Shown: positions 1 through 11,617 of the stretch, one piece after another
How the letters are laid out: the number at the start of each line of letters is the position of its first letter
How positions within the stretch are numbered: the stretch's first letter is position 1
Origin: Octopus sinensis
Lineage: Eukaryota
Reading direction: 5' to 3'
DNA: 64,000 nt
Assembly: GCF_006345805.1 (NCBI RefSeq)
Contig: NC_043006.1
Span: 20,150,001 to 20,214,000, forward strand
Notes under the pieces: model-generated
The model's input: the letters and a program-made list of their open reading frames with translations, nothing else
Told to the model about the DNA's origin: nothing
Database searches by the model: none
Position numbers and translations under genes: made by a program

Positions 1-292
1 TGTGCTGGTGGCACGTGAAACATTCGAGCGAGGTCGTCACCAGTGCCGCTGGACTGGCTCCTGTGCAGGTGGCACATAAAAAGCACCATTTGGGCGTGGC
101 CGTTGCCAGTACCACCAAACTGGCCCTCGTGCCGGTGGCACGTAAAAGCACCCACTACACTCTCAGAGTGGTTGGCGTTAGGAAGGGCATCCAGCTGTAG
201 AAACACTGCCAGATCAGATTGGAGTCTTGTTTGCCAGACCTCAGTCAAATCGTCCAACCCATGCTAGCATGGAAAGCAGTCGTTAAATTATG
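1..292 (+). mobile_element. Family C retroposon (3' core ending CCATGCTAGCATGG...(GAT)n), cut by window edge
   Basis: GTGGCACGTAAAAAGCAC units followed by the conserved core GGTTGGCGTTAGGAAGGGCATCCAGCTGTAGAAAC...AACCCATGCTAGCATGG. Confidence 0.85.
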
Positions 293-339
293 AATATTAT
301 TTGTAATAGACCAACATTCTGCTTTGTCTTGGTTCGCTA

Positions 340-620
340 AGCTGTCAGTAATAGTTATCAAATCACCTGGGAATGTTACCTGTGATAGAGCAACACTCTA
401 CACTGACTCAGTTCACCTAATTGCCAGTAATAAGTACCAGTTCATCTGGGATTGCTGCCTGAGATAGATCAACATTTTACAGTCTTAGTCTTAGTCGTCA
501 GTAATAGGTAACAAACCTCCATCTGGGAATACTACCTGTGACTGACCAAAAGCCCCTGTTGTTTCAGTGCACCTAGCTGTCACAAATAGGTACCACATCA
601 TTTGGGAATGTTACCTAATA
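340..620 (+). repeat. Degenerate tandem repeat of about 75-80 bp, 4 units
   Basis: GTCAGTAATAG...ATCTGGGAATGTTACCTG recurs near 343, 422, 497 and 578. Confidence 0.6.
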
Positions 621-786
621 CAAACTGGTGTCTTATCCAGAGAAAGATTTATTTGCAGACCCAAATAATTGAAGTTGAGCATTGGCCCTTAAAATTTCCT
701 CAGGACTTGAATTAGGAAAACATTTACATTTTTTAATCTACAACAATCAGTAAAGAAGATTATAAAAGACTTTATCTGGATCTAAG

Positions 787-1014
787 TTAACCCTTTAGTG
801 TTCAGATTATTCTGTCAAATGTGATGTTTGTTTATTTAAAATGGTTTGAATTAATCCTGCATTATCTTATAGTTTAGAGATTTCAGTGATGTGATTTTTT
901 AGTTTTAGAATGACATGGTAGGGCTGAGGTGAGAGGCGAGATCTGGTCAGTTTCAATATAAAACAGGTTAAGTATTTTGGCCGGATATGGCCGGTTTGAA
1001 TGCTAAAGGGTTAA
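787..1014. mobile_element. piggyBac-type MITE (family E)
   Basis: TTAA-CCCTTTAG...CTAAAGGG-TTAA termini; same internal sequence at 12161, 36083, 59163 and 61064. Confidence 0.8.
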
Positions 1015-1295
1015 ACACAGATCTACAACATTGAGTATGCGAGTTGGAGGGTGTGGCTGCATTGCAAATGGGTAGACCCAATTATCTCTAGTTAAACTTT
1101 GCTATGATGGAAACAAAATTGATTTTCATTACATATCAATTATAGGCCAATATTTTAATTATCACTGGATAACATCAAATAAAATCAATTGCTTGAGATT
1201 TCACAACTGGTTATAAATCAATGACAGTTTAGGATTTATGATTGCAAAAATATAGGGTTGTAATGGACATTATCTATATAATTGAAGTAATCTGT

Positions 1296-1676
1296 GGAGG
1301 CGCAATGGCCCAGTGGTTAGGGCAGCGGACTCGCGGTCGTAGGATTGCTGTTTCAATTCCCAGACCGGGCGTTGTGAGTGTTTTTTGAGCGAAAACACCT
1401 AAAGCTCCACGAGGCTCCGGCAGGGGATGGTGGTGATCCCTGCTGTACTCTTTCACCACAACTTTCTCTCACTCTTTCTTCCTGATTCTGTTGTACCTGT
1501 ATTTCAAGGGGCCGGCCTTGTCACTCTCTGTGTCACGCTGAATATCCCCGAGAACTACGTTAAGGGTACACATGTCTGTGGAGTGCTCAGCCACTTACAC
1601 GTTAATTTCACGAGGAGGCTGTTCCGTTGATCGGATCAACCGGAACCCTCGTCGTCATAACCGACGGAGTGCTTCC
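1296..1676 (+). mobile_element. tRNA-derived SINE family B
   Basis: Head GGAGGCGCAATGGCCCAGTGGTTAGGGCAGCGG...TTTCAATTCCC, about 380 bp, target-site duplication AATTGAA(G/A)TAATCT. Confidence 0.9.
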
Positions 1677-2534
1677 AATTGAAATAATCTCTATAGTATC
1701 AGTCTTATCATTCTTTTGTTTAACATCTGTTTTTCCATGCAAGCATGGGTTAGAGGGACGCTTATTTGAGGCAACCATTTATAGACAGATGCCCTTCCTG
1801 TAGCCAAACCATACCTGTTTTTCAAGCAAGGGATTTTTTTTGTTGTTGTTGCTTTATTGGTCTTGGAAAGAGCAGATATACAGAATGTAATGTCAACTCA
1901 GTGTTTTCAAAGTTCCAGAACTCCAGATTTTTATGTTACTGGAATAAACAATCTTGTAACTCATTGGTAAAAATGTGTTGATTTGAAAAGGAAAATAAGG
2001 GTAGGGAGGGAAGTGCTGCCTCTTCCCACCAATTTTGTTAAAAGGTAGGTGAACGTAGCATGAATGGCCCAAGTGAATGAGCCTATTCTAAGCATGCATC
2101 ACTAGATCGAGGGTAGATGAAGCAGAGAGGGCACTTTCCCTAGAGGTCAGGGTGATTGTGTTTCTGCTGGGGTTTCCATGAGCAGTCCTTGGAAGACTCA
2201 CTCTTTTGAGGAATTATTTTTACTGTTATTCCCTTTTTTACACAATTCAATCCCACTCTACATGTATTATATTACCCTGTACCAGCCCCAATCCTAAATG
2301 TTGAGTGGTTAATAAAAGAAGGATTAATATTACTACTACTACTACTACTACCTACTACTACTACTACTACCAATCTTGCTAAAGCTAACATAGCTTTGCA
2401 TACTTCTGTATTTGATAATATAAAGTAACAGATACCAGGCTCGATTTAACTGATCAACCCCTATCTCTACAAAATGTAAGGTCTCATATTAGAAATTTCA
2501 TGTTAGAAACAATTATTATCATAATTCAATAGAG

Positions 2535-2770
2535 TGGTGAGCTGGCAGAATTGTTAGCACGCTGGGTAAATGCTTAGTGGCATTTCGTCTGACTTTATGT
2601 TCTGAGTTCAAATTCTGCCAAGGTTAACTTTGCCATTCATCCTTTCAGGGTCAATAAATTAAGTACCAGTGGATCACTGGAGGTCAATATAATTGATTCA
2701 TCTCCTCCCCACAAAAATTGCTGCCCTTGTGGCAAAATTTGAAACCATTATTATTGTTATTATTATTAAT
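2535..2770 (+). mobile_element. Degenerate SINE family D copy with (ATT)n tail
   Basis: GAGCTGGCAGAATTGTTAGCAC...TTTGCCATTCATCCTTTCAGGGTCAATAAATTAAGTACCAGT. Confidence 0.7.
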
Positions 2771-2847
2771 ATTATGATTATTACATTAAATTAGAAGAGT
2801 CCTTACAAGAAAAAAAAATACAAAATAAAATCCCACTAACAATTATA

Positions 2848-3253
2848 CTTGCGGGGCAAGTTAAATCGAAATTGAAATCGAAATTGAACCAATCCTATGA
2901 CTGGCACCCGGCAGATGCCAGGACCCCTGGACTGGTGGTACGTAAAAAGCACTATCCGAATCGTGGCCGATGCCAGTGCCGCCTCGACTGGCTTCCGTGC
3001 CAGTGGCAAGTATAATTGCACCAATCCGACCGTGGCTGTTGCCAGCCTCGCCTGGCACCTGAGCGGGTGGCACGTAAAAAGCACCCACTACACTCACGGA
3101 GTGGTTGGCGTTAGGAAAGGCATCCAGCTGTAGAAACACTGCCAGATAAGACTGGAGCCTGGTGCAGCCTTCTGGCTTCCCAGATACCCGGTCGAACCGT
3201 CCAACCCATGCTAGCATGGAGAACGGACGTTAAACGATGATGATGATGATGAG
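2848..3253 (+). mobile_element. Family C retroposon, about 100 bp beyond the aldolase stop codon
   Basis: Family C core and (GAT)n tail; 5' extension AAATCGAAATTGAACCAATCCTATGACTGGCACC shared with copies near 52200, 54795 and 59260. Confidence 0.9.
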
Positions 3254-3353
3254 GTCGTAGACACCCCCCCACAAATAATAGTTAAATATAGGATTGTAAT
3301 AATAATAATAGTTAGACAAGCTGTTAGTACTGCTTGTGTGAGTGTGTAGATTT

Positions 3354-4408
3354 CTAATAAGCATGATCTTTGACATGGAGAGACTCTTGGCCTGCAGCAC
3401 CAACACTGCTTCCTACATATTTACCAACGGCTGCTTCACTATTGGCCTTGGCTCTTCTGAGCAGCCCCTTCTTGATGGCTTCAGTTTTCTCATCCTTGCC
3501 TTGCCAAGCCTTCAATACACTGGCTTGGGGGGCACGGTCATATGAGAAGGTTAGGGCCCATGGCTTGAGTAAGGAACACGTGTTGATGGCATTGAGGTTG
3601 ATTGTTGCATCTTCTTCTGTCTGACAGGAAGGTCACATCTGGTAAAGCAGAGCGGACAGTTCTCTTCAGGGCTGTGATGTAGCCGAAGCATTCTGAATTT
3701 CTTTGGGCAGCTGTATCCAGCTGTGCACATATTGGGTTTCAACAAATCACCTTCAGGAAGATGTGGTGGTCCGCAAGGGCTTTGTAAGTGAAAGCCAGCA
3801 CCACTTCTGTGAAGTCTCCAAGACATGTTTTCCATCAGGCAAGACTTCTGGTTCAACAATTGGCACCAGATCATTCTGTTGGCTGATCATGGCATAACAA
3901 GCCAAGACATTGGCATTCTCCATCATGGCTTGGTATGAGGGAGTGTTAGATCCAATTTTCAATACACAGTGCCATTTGGCAAACTGGGCACCATACTTCT
4001 TGTATTCAGCGCAGTGCTCAGTCAGACCGTCAGGACCATGGGTGGTACATTCATTGAAGGTTCCTATTAAAAGAATAACACCTTTGCTGACCTTGATGCC
4101 AGAAATGATACCCTTGTCTTGGAACACTTTCACGAAAGGAACATCAGCACAGGTCTTCAGGTAGAACGTCTCATGGAACATAATGCCACTGATGTATTTT
4201 GTAAATTCTTGGTTGGCTGTAAACAACAATCCATGGTAATGTCTAAGATTCTCTTCAGTGTTCTCAACATTGATGGCCTCTTTCCCATAGAACCAGTAGA
4301 CTCATCTGCAGCCAAAATTCCCTTGCCAGGGGCTACAATAGCTGCAGTAATCTGCTTGAGTTCAGTCTCATGTTCAGGGGTGAGGTAAGGGGCGAAGAAG
4401 GCTGGCAT
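3354..4408 (-). pseudogene. ALDO: Processed pseudogene of class I fructose-bisphosphate aldolase
   Basis: Intronless, from MPAFFAPYL...[12 protein letters not shown] through GIKV, FAKW, IVEPEVLPDG and LLKPNM to C-terminal HAY-stop (TAG at 3354-3356). Frameshifts near 4278, 3803 and 3750, further deletions toward 3620-3690, and many non-conservative substitutions. Confidence 0.93.
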
Positions 4409-4769
4409 GTTTGCAAAAGCACTTCTTTCGCTTTCTCCGGCGCAACATTGCCAATAGGCCATAGGGCAGTAACATAAGTCTTAAAAACGGAGATGGCAGG
4501 CGGAATGAATGAATGAAGGGGAGACGGAGAGAGAATCCGTAACTACCATTGAGAAAAAAAAAAAAATAACAACACATTAATGTAGAGATTCTATGATTGT
4601 TCAGACTGAGAGATTTTCTACAGTGCATTTATTATTATTATTATTATTATTAATAATAAATGTCTACCTTGTTTGTTTTTGTCTATGTGTGAAATGTTTA
4701 CACAATTCTTCCTGAACTATAATTGTCATTCTATTACAAATACAGAGACAGAGTGAGATTTTATTTGTG

Positions 4770-4803
<34 letters not shown>

Positions 4804-4988
4804 ATATTATATTATATATATATAATATATATATAATATATAGTATATATATTATATATATAATATATATATATTATATATCTATATATATATTATATAT
4901 ATTATTATATATATATATATATATATCTATATATATATATATCTATATATATAATATATATTAATCTATATATGATATATATATATAG

Positions 4989-5027
<39 letters not shown>

Positions 5028-5059
5028 TGTTATATATATAATATATATAGTATATATAA

Positions 5060-5090
<31 letters not shown>

Positions 5091-5373
5091 AGATTATGTA
5101 TATATATATATATATATATTATATATGTATATATATATATATGTATATATATATTATATATATATGTATATATATATGGATATATATATATATATATGTA
5201 TATATTATATGTATATATATATATATATATATATCTACGTATTATATATATATGTATATATATATATATGTTATATATATATATGTATATATATATATGA
5301 TATATATATATATATATATATATAGTTATATATATTGTATATATAATATATATATTATATGTATATATATATG

Positions 5374-5405
<32 letters not shown>

Positions 5406-5410
5406 TATTT
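4770..5410. repeat. Long interrupted (TA)n microsatellite
   Basis: About 640 bp of TA with scattered G/C; source of the YIYI ORFs. Confidence 0.95.
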
Positions 5411-5769
5411 ATATGTCAGAGCTGATTTAAAGCAAACATTTTACATTTTATTGATAGCTGCTCTTTCAGAGGACTGAGTGAATGAATGAACAGGAAGAGG
5501 GAGAATGAGAGAGAGAGAATCGGTAACTATTACTGAGAATAATACCACGTTAATGTAGAGATACTCTATGATTGTTGAAACTAAGAGATCTTCTACGGTG
5601 CTTATGTTTGAATATAAGTCAGATAATCGGGAGAACAAAGTTAATAAATTTTCTAAATGGGCTTTGATTTATGAGCGAAAGAAGGGGAAATAAAAAAGGC
5701 TATGAAGAACAATTTCTTCAAAAGAACATGTCATATTTGTTTGATGGTACATACATACGTGCGTGTGTG

Positions 5770-6198
5770 TGTGTGTGTGCGCGTGCATTATGTATGTATG
5801 TATATGTGTATGTATATATATATATGTATGTATATATTATATATGTATATATATGTTTTTATATATATATTGTAGTATATAGATATATGTATATATATGC
5901 ATATATATATGTATATATTATATATATGTATATATATATATGTATATATATATTATATGTATCATCATCATCATCGTTTAGCATCCGTTTTCCATGCTAG
6001 CATGGGTTGGACGGTTTTACTGGGGTCTGTGAAGCCAGAAGGCTCATCAGGCCCAGTCAAATCTGGCAGTGTTTCTACGGCTGGATGCCCTTCCTAACGC
6101 CAACCACTCGAGAGCGTAGTGGGTGCTTTTTACGTGCCACCCGCACAGGTGCCAGACAGAGCTGGCATATATATATATGTATATATATATATGTATAT

Positions 6199-6261
<63 letters not shown>

Positions 6262-6287
6262 TATATATATATATATGTGTGTGTATG

Positions 6288-6322
<35 letters not shown>

Positions 6323-6340
6323 ATGTATATATATATACAT
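5770..6340. repeat. (TA)n/(TG)n microsatellite block with a family C copy (5961-6166, minus) inside it
   Basis: Microsatellite on both sides of CATCATCATC...CCATGCTAGCATGG...GTGCTTTTTACGTGCCAC. Confidence 0.9.
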
Positions 6341-6600
6341 AAAATACATGGAGGAGGTTGCTTTGGTATGGATGCACTTTCTGTTATAACTACAAACGCT
6401 TGCATTACATCACAATTGATTTTGTCTGTTTAAACTGAACTGTTACGAGCAGCAGACACAGTGACTGTGTGGCTGTTTCTACAGTGCTAACTGAGTGACT
6501 TCATAGACACACATCAGTTTGGAAAAAAAAATCCTTATTGCATGTTTGACATGATGTGTTTGAGGATACTTTTTCAATACTTATGGTAAAATAAATACTC

Positions 6601-6836
6601 TCTTTTTACTCTTTTACTTGTTTCAGTCATTTGACTTTGACTGCGGCCATGCTGGAGCACCGCCTTAAATCGAGCAACTCGACCCCGGGACTTATTCTTT
6701 TTGTAAGCCCAGTACTTATTCTATCGGTCTCCTTTGCCGAACTGCTAAGTGACGGGGACGTAAACACACCAGCATCGGTTGTCAAGCAATGCTAGGGGGG
6801 CAAACACAGACACACAAACACATACACACAAACATA

Positions 6837-6881
<45 letters not shown>

Positions 6882-7152
6882 CGGGAAGCTTTATGAAAAT
6901 AGACAAAAGACGAAGGCAGTTGGAAAACAAACGAACAATTGTATTAGTATGGCGCTCAGGAAATATAAATAAAACAAGTCTATATACATATATACGACAG
7001 GCTTCTTTCAGTTTCCGTCTACCAAATCCACTCACAAGGCATTGGTCGGTCCGGGACTATAGCAGAAGACACTTGCCCAAGATGCCACGCAGTGGGACTG
7101 AATCCGGAACCATGTGGTTGGATAGCAAGCTACTTACCACACAGCCACTCCT
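6601..7152 (-). mobile_element. tRNA-derived SINE family A carrying a nested ~100-bp insert (about 6882-6980)
   Basis: Head AGGAGTGGCTGTGTGGTAAG...GGTTCAGTCCCACTGCGTGGCATCTTGGGCAAG, central TA/TG microsatellite, tail GACTGAAACAAGTAAAAGAGT. Confidence 0.9.
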
Positions 7153-7393
7153 ATTAATTAATTTTTATATTCTAAAGTGTTTTTATTTTTTATTTTTTGC
7201 AGATTATTTTATAAACAATAGTGGTTAAATTCGTATCAGTTTTAGCCTTTGAAAATGAGTTTAGATCAGACCCATATCAGACACTGCATGCTACATGAAT
7301 TTTGAAGGAACTCTTCAACAATGAAAGCAGCAAGAAATATCTGTTGTTATCATCATCATTTAGAATCCGCTTTCCATGCTAGCATGGTCAGAC

Positions 7394-7653
7394 CAGGGTT
7401 TCTGAACTGGGGTCCATATAAGATTTTTGTAGGGTCCACAGATGCAATATAGTAAAGTGGGGGGGGGAGTCCACAGTAATTTTTCAGGGTCCATGAAAAA
7501 AATTGTGGTTCAGGACAGTAACATTTATGTGCAATAAACTGGTTATACTCCTACAATACACAAAATATTTTAACAATTTCTATACAAGTCCTAATAATAT
7601 TTAATTATGAAAATACAATTGGCTTTTTTAAACATCAAATTGGTATGGAGGTC

Positions 7654-7655
<2 letters not shown>
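7394..7655 (+). mobile_element. Probable hAT-type MITE remnant
   Basis: Starts CAGGGTTTCTGAACTGGGGTCC with repeated GGGTCCA subterminal motifs; right end not clearly seen. Confidence 0.4.
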
Positions 7656-7694
<39 letters not shown>

Positions 7695-7699
<5 letters not shown>

Positions 7700-7857
7700 A
7701 CTTCTATCAGTTTCTGTCAACCAAATCCACTCACAAGGCTTTGGTCGGCCCGAGGCTATAGTAGAAGACCCTCGTCCAAGGTGCCATGCAGTGGGACTGA
7801 ACCCGGAACCATGTGGTTGGTAAGCAAGCTATTTACCACACAGTCACTTCTACGCCC
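7695..7857 (-). mobile_element. SINE family A, 5' half only
   Basis: Matches family A head up to the microsatellite. Confidence 0.8.
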
Positions 7858-7968
7858 ACAAAAACCTACTGACTCCCACCCCTTTTCCCATTATTCTTCT
7901 CCACATAAGCACACTACATCTGCGATACCATTCCCTCAATTTCTCAAGCTTCACTGATTCTGTAGCAT

Positions 7969-8437
7969 GCCAGTGGCATGTAAAAAGCACTGTGGCCATT
8001 TACCAGTCTCGCCTGTCCCCGTGCCGGTGGCACGTAAAAAGCACCATCCGACCATGGCCGTTTGCCAGTCTCGCCTGGCCCCTGTGCCGGTGGCACGTAA
8101 AAAGCACCATCCGATCGTGGCCATCGCCAGACTCACCTGGCCCCCGTGCCGGTGGCACGTAAAAAGCACCATCTGATCGTGGCCACTGCCAGCTTCGCCT
8201 GGCACCTGTGCCGGTGGCACGTAAAAAGCACCATCCGACTGTGGCCGTATGCCAGCCCCGTCTGGCAACTGTGCCGGTGGCATGTAAAAAGCACCCACTA
8301 CACTCACGGAGTGGTTGGCATTAGGAAGGGCATTCAGCCGTAGAAACATTGCCAGATCAGACTGGGCCTGGTGCAGCCTTCTGGTTTCCCAGACCCCAGT
8401 TGAACCGTCCAACCCATGCTAGCATGGAAAGCGGACG
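7969..8437 (+). mobile_element. Family C retroposon with diverged ~62-bp units
   Basis: Six GTGGCA(C/T)GTAAAAAGCAC motifs then the core; tail interrupted by a family B SINE. Confidence 0.9.
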
Positions 8438-8454
8438 GTAATTGGTAATGGGAA

Positions 8455-8831
8455 TGGAAGCACTCCGTCGGTTACGATGATGAGGGTTCCGGTTGATCCG
8501 AATCAACGGAACAGCCTGCTCGTGAAATTAACGTGTAAGTGGCTGAGCACTCCACAGACACGTGTACCCTTAACGTAGTTCTCGGGGATATTCAGCGTGA
8601 CACAGAGAGTGACAAGGCCGGACCCTTGAAATACAGGTACAACAGAAACAGGAAGTAAGAGAAAGTTGTGGTGAAAGAGTACAGCAGGGATCACCACCAT
8701 CCCCTGCCGGAGCCTCGTGGAGCTTTAGGTGTTTTTGCTCAATAAACACTCACGACGCCCGGTATGGGAATCGAAACCGCGATCCTACGACCGCGAGTCC
8801 GCTGCCCTAACCACTGGGTCATTGCGCCTCC
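8455..8831 (-). mobile_element. SINE family B
   Basis: Full-length reverse copy of the 1296-1676 element. Confidence 0.9.
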
Positions 8832-9082
8832 ATGGATTTGGATACTATATAGCCAAGCAATTGACTGTGCTACATCATTATCATCATTTAGCGTCTGCTT
8901 GCATGGGCTGGATAGTTTGATTGGAACTGGTAAGCCAGTGAGTTGCACCAAGTTCCAGTCTGATTTGGCAACCACTCCAAGAGTATAATCGGTGCTTTTT
9001 ACATGTCACCAGCACAGGTGCTCTTATGCACCAGTCATGTGACACCATTACATATATTAATGACAGAGGCAGTATTAATACC

Positions 9083-9660
9083 TATTTCTTTACTACTCAC
9101 AAGGGGCTAAACGCAGAGAGGACAAACAAGGACAGACAAATGGATTAAGTCGATTTGATCGACCCCAGTGCGTAACTGGTAGTTATTTAATCGACCCCAA
9201 AACGATGAAAGGCAAAGTCGACCTTGGCAGAATTTGAACTCACAACGTAGCGGCAGACGAAATACTTATTTCTTTACTACCCACAAGGAGCTACACACAG
9301 AGAGGACAAACGGATTAAGTCGATTTGATCGACCCCAGTGCGTAACTGGTACTTATTTAATCGACCCCAAAACGATGAAAGACAAAGTCAACCTTGGCGG
9401 AATTTGAACTCACAACGTAGTGGCAGACGAAATACTTATTTCTTTACTACCCACAAGGAGCTAACACAGAGAGAACAAACAAGGACAGACAAACGGATTA
9501 AGTCGATGAGATCGACCCCAGTTTGTAACTGGTACTTATTTAATCGACCCCGAAAGGATGAATGGCAAAGTCGACCTTGGCAGAATTTGAACTCAGAACG
9601 TAGCGGCAGATGAAATACCACTAAGCATTTCACCCGACGTGCTAATGATTCTGCGAGCTA
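9083..9660 (-). mobile_element. SINE family D head-to-tail trimer
   Basis: Three tandem ~175-185-bp units joined at AAAGAAATAA|GTATTTCGTC; only the first unit (9660 side) has the 5' head. Confidence 0.9.
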
Positions 9661-9670
9661 TTTTTATCAG

Positions 9671-10213
9671 CACTTAAAAGTGGATGTTCCATTAGAACAA
9701 ACTATATTGTAATAGGGAGTCGCAATGGCCCAGTGGTTAGGACAGCGGAATCGCAGTTTCGATTCCCAGACCAGGCGTTGTGAGTGTTTATTGAGCAAAA
9801 ACACCTAAAACTCCACGAAGCTCCGGCAGTGGGTGGTGGCGATCCCTGCTGTACTCTTTCGCCACAACTTTCTCTCACTCATTCTTCTGTTGGCCTGCTC
9901 GCTTACCCAGCGGGGTGGCGTCATTTGAAGGCTAAAACAATGCGAACCGCATTGTGACCAGCGATGTGTAGCAACATCTGATAGCCTGGTCGATCACGGT
10001 GATATTGTAATAGATACAATGAGAAAAACTTGTCATGTCTTTTGGTGCAAAATACATTCTTGTTAATATCACTAGCAGATAGCTAGTGGGGGCTTATCTC
10101 CCCACTAGCAATATAAACTAAAGTGCATTTTGCACCAATAGCCAATATGAGAGTTTCTCTCGTGGTATCTACTGCAGTATAGTTTGTTCTAAGAGAACAT
10201 CCACATTTAAGTG
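9671..10213. mobile_element. Foldback/palindromic MITE interrupted by a SINE
   Basis: Left CACTTAAAAGTGGATGTTCCATTAGAACAAACTATA is the near reverse complement of right TATAGTTTGTTCTAAGAGAACATCCACATTTAAGTG; pairing continues inward once 9716-10013 is removed. Confidence 0.75.
9716..10001 (+). mobile_element. SINE family B' (family B 5' half with a different 3' half)
   Basis: Shares the head through CACAACTTTCTCTCACTC, then a different 3' part ending CGATCACGGTGAT; 12-bp TSD ATATTGTAATAG at 9704-9715 and 10002-10013. Confidence 0.88.
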
Positions 10214-10242
10214 AGCATAAATATTACCCCTTTATTACCTAT

Positions 10243-10385
10243 TTCTTTACTACCCACAAGGGACTAAACATAGAGGGGACAAACAAGGACAGACAAACGG
10301 ATTAAGTCGATTATATCGACCCCAGTGCGTAACTGGTACTTACTTAATCGACCCCGAAAGGATGAAAGGCAAAGTCGACCTTTAT
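10243..10385 (-). mobile_element. SINE family D, 5'-truncated
   Basis: Matches family D 3' part. Confidence 0.8.
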
Positions 10386-10561
10386 TACCAGTCACCTTTT
10401 CTCTCTACACGCATACCTACGTACAGTATTCCATCCTCCCACTGAAATACACCCATCTACAACTTCTAAATGCAAAGGTCCATGGTGCCTTGCACCACCA
10501 TAAACAACCAGCCACTTTTAAATGTGTTTGCAGATGATGCAAACCAACCCCTATATTGTAA

Positions 10562-10950
10562 GGCGGCGAGCTGGCAGAACCGTTAGCACGCCGGGCGAAA
10601 TGCGTAGCCGTATTTTGTCTGCTGTTACGTTCTGAGTTCAAATTCTGCTGAGGTCGGCTTTGCCTTTCATCTTTTCGAGGTCAATAAATTAGGTACCAGT
10701 GACGCACTGGGGTTGATTTAATCCTTTTGTCTGTCCTTGTTTGTCCCCTCTGTGTTTAGCCCCTTGTGGGTAGTAAAGAAATAGGTATTTCATCTGCCGC
10801 TACATTCTGAGTTCAAATTCCGCCGAGGTCGGCTTTGCCTTTCATCCTTTCGAGGTCAATAAATTAAGTACCAGTGACGCACTGGGGTCGATGTAATCGA
10901 CTTAATTCGTTTTTCTGTCCTATGTTTAGCCCTTGTGGGTAATAAAGAAA
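10562..10950 (+). mobile_element. SINE family D head-to-tail dimer
   Basis: Head GGCGGCGAGCTGGCAGAACCGTTAGCACG, GCCTTTCATCCTTTCGAGGTCAATAAATTAAGTACCAG domain (resembles the MetaSINE central domain, from memory), second unit starts at AAAGAAATAG|GTATTTC near 10785. Confidence 0.88.
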
Positions 10951-11203
10951 CATATATTAACAACCGATATTACTTGGTCTATCATTGGTATGGGAGTACT
11001 GTAGCAGAGCACGAACACTCCACATTAGTCATCCTTAAAAATCTTTTAGCATAACCCATTGCAATTACTAAATAGACAAAACAAAGCATTTATCACAAAT
11101 CTAAATGTAGCACTTTGTATCTCTCCACATATATTAAAAGCACATCATATGTCTACCATAATGCACCACTTTATTCCTCATATTTTACTATGATTATAAT
11201 CAT

Positions 11204-11366
11204 AGGTGCAGGAGTGGCTGTGTGGTAAGTAGCTTGCTTACCAACCACATGGTTCCGGTTTCAGTCCCACTGCGTGACATCTTGAGCAAGTGTCTTCTAC
11301 TATAGCCTTGGGCCAAACAAAGCCTTGTGAGTGGATTTGGTAGACAGAAACTGAAAGAAGCCTGTC

Positions 11367-11412
<46 letters not shown>

Positions 11413-11617
11413 ATGTTGGTGCGTCTGTGTTTGTCCCCCTAGCATTGCTTGACAACCGATGCTGGTGTGTTTACGTCCCCATCACTTAGCGGTTCGGCAA
11501 AAGTGACCGATAGAATAAGTACTAGGCTTACAAAGAGTAAGTCCTGGGGTCGATTTGCTTGACTAAAGGCGGTGCTCCAGCATGGCCGCAGTCAAATGAC
11601 TGAAACAAGTAAAAGAG
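11204..11617 (+). mobile_element. SINE family A
   Basis: Full-length copy. Confidence 0.9.

Noticed and set aside
1296-1375. tRNA gene-like segments at the heads of families A, B and D
   Set aside because: They have A/B-box-like motifs but continue into SINE bodies with TSDs and lack a complete cloverleaf.
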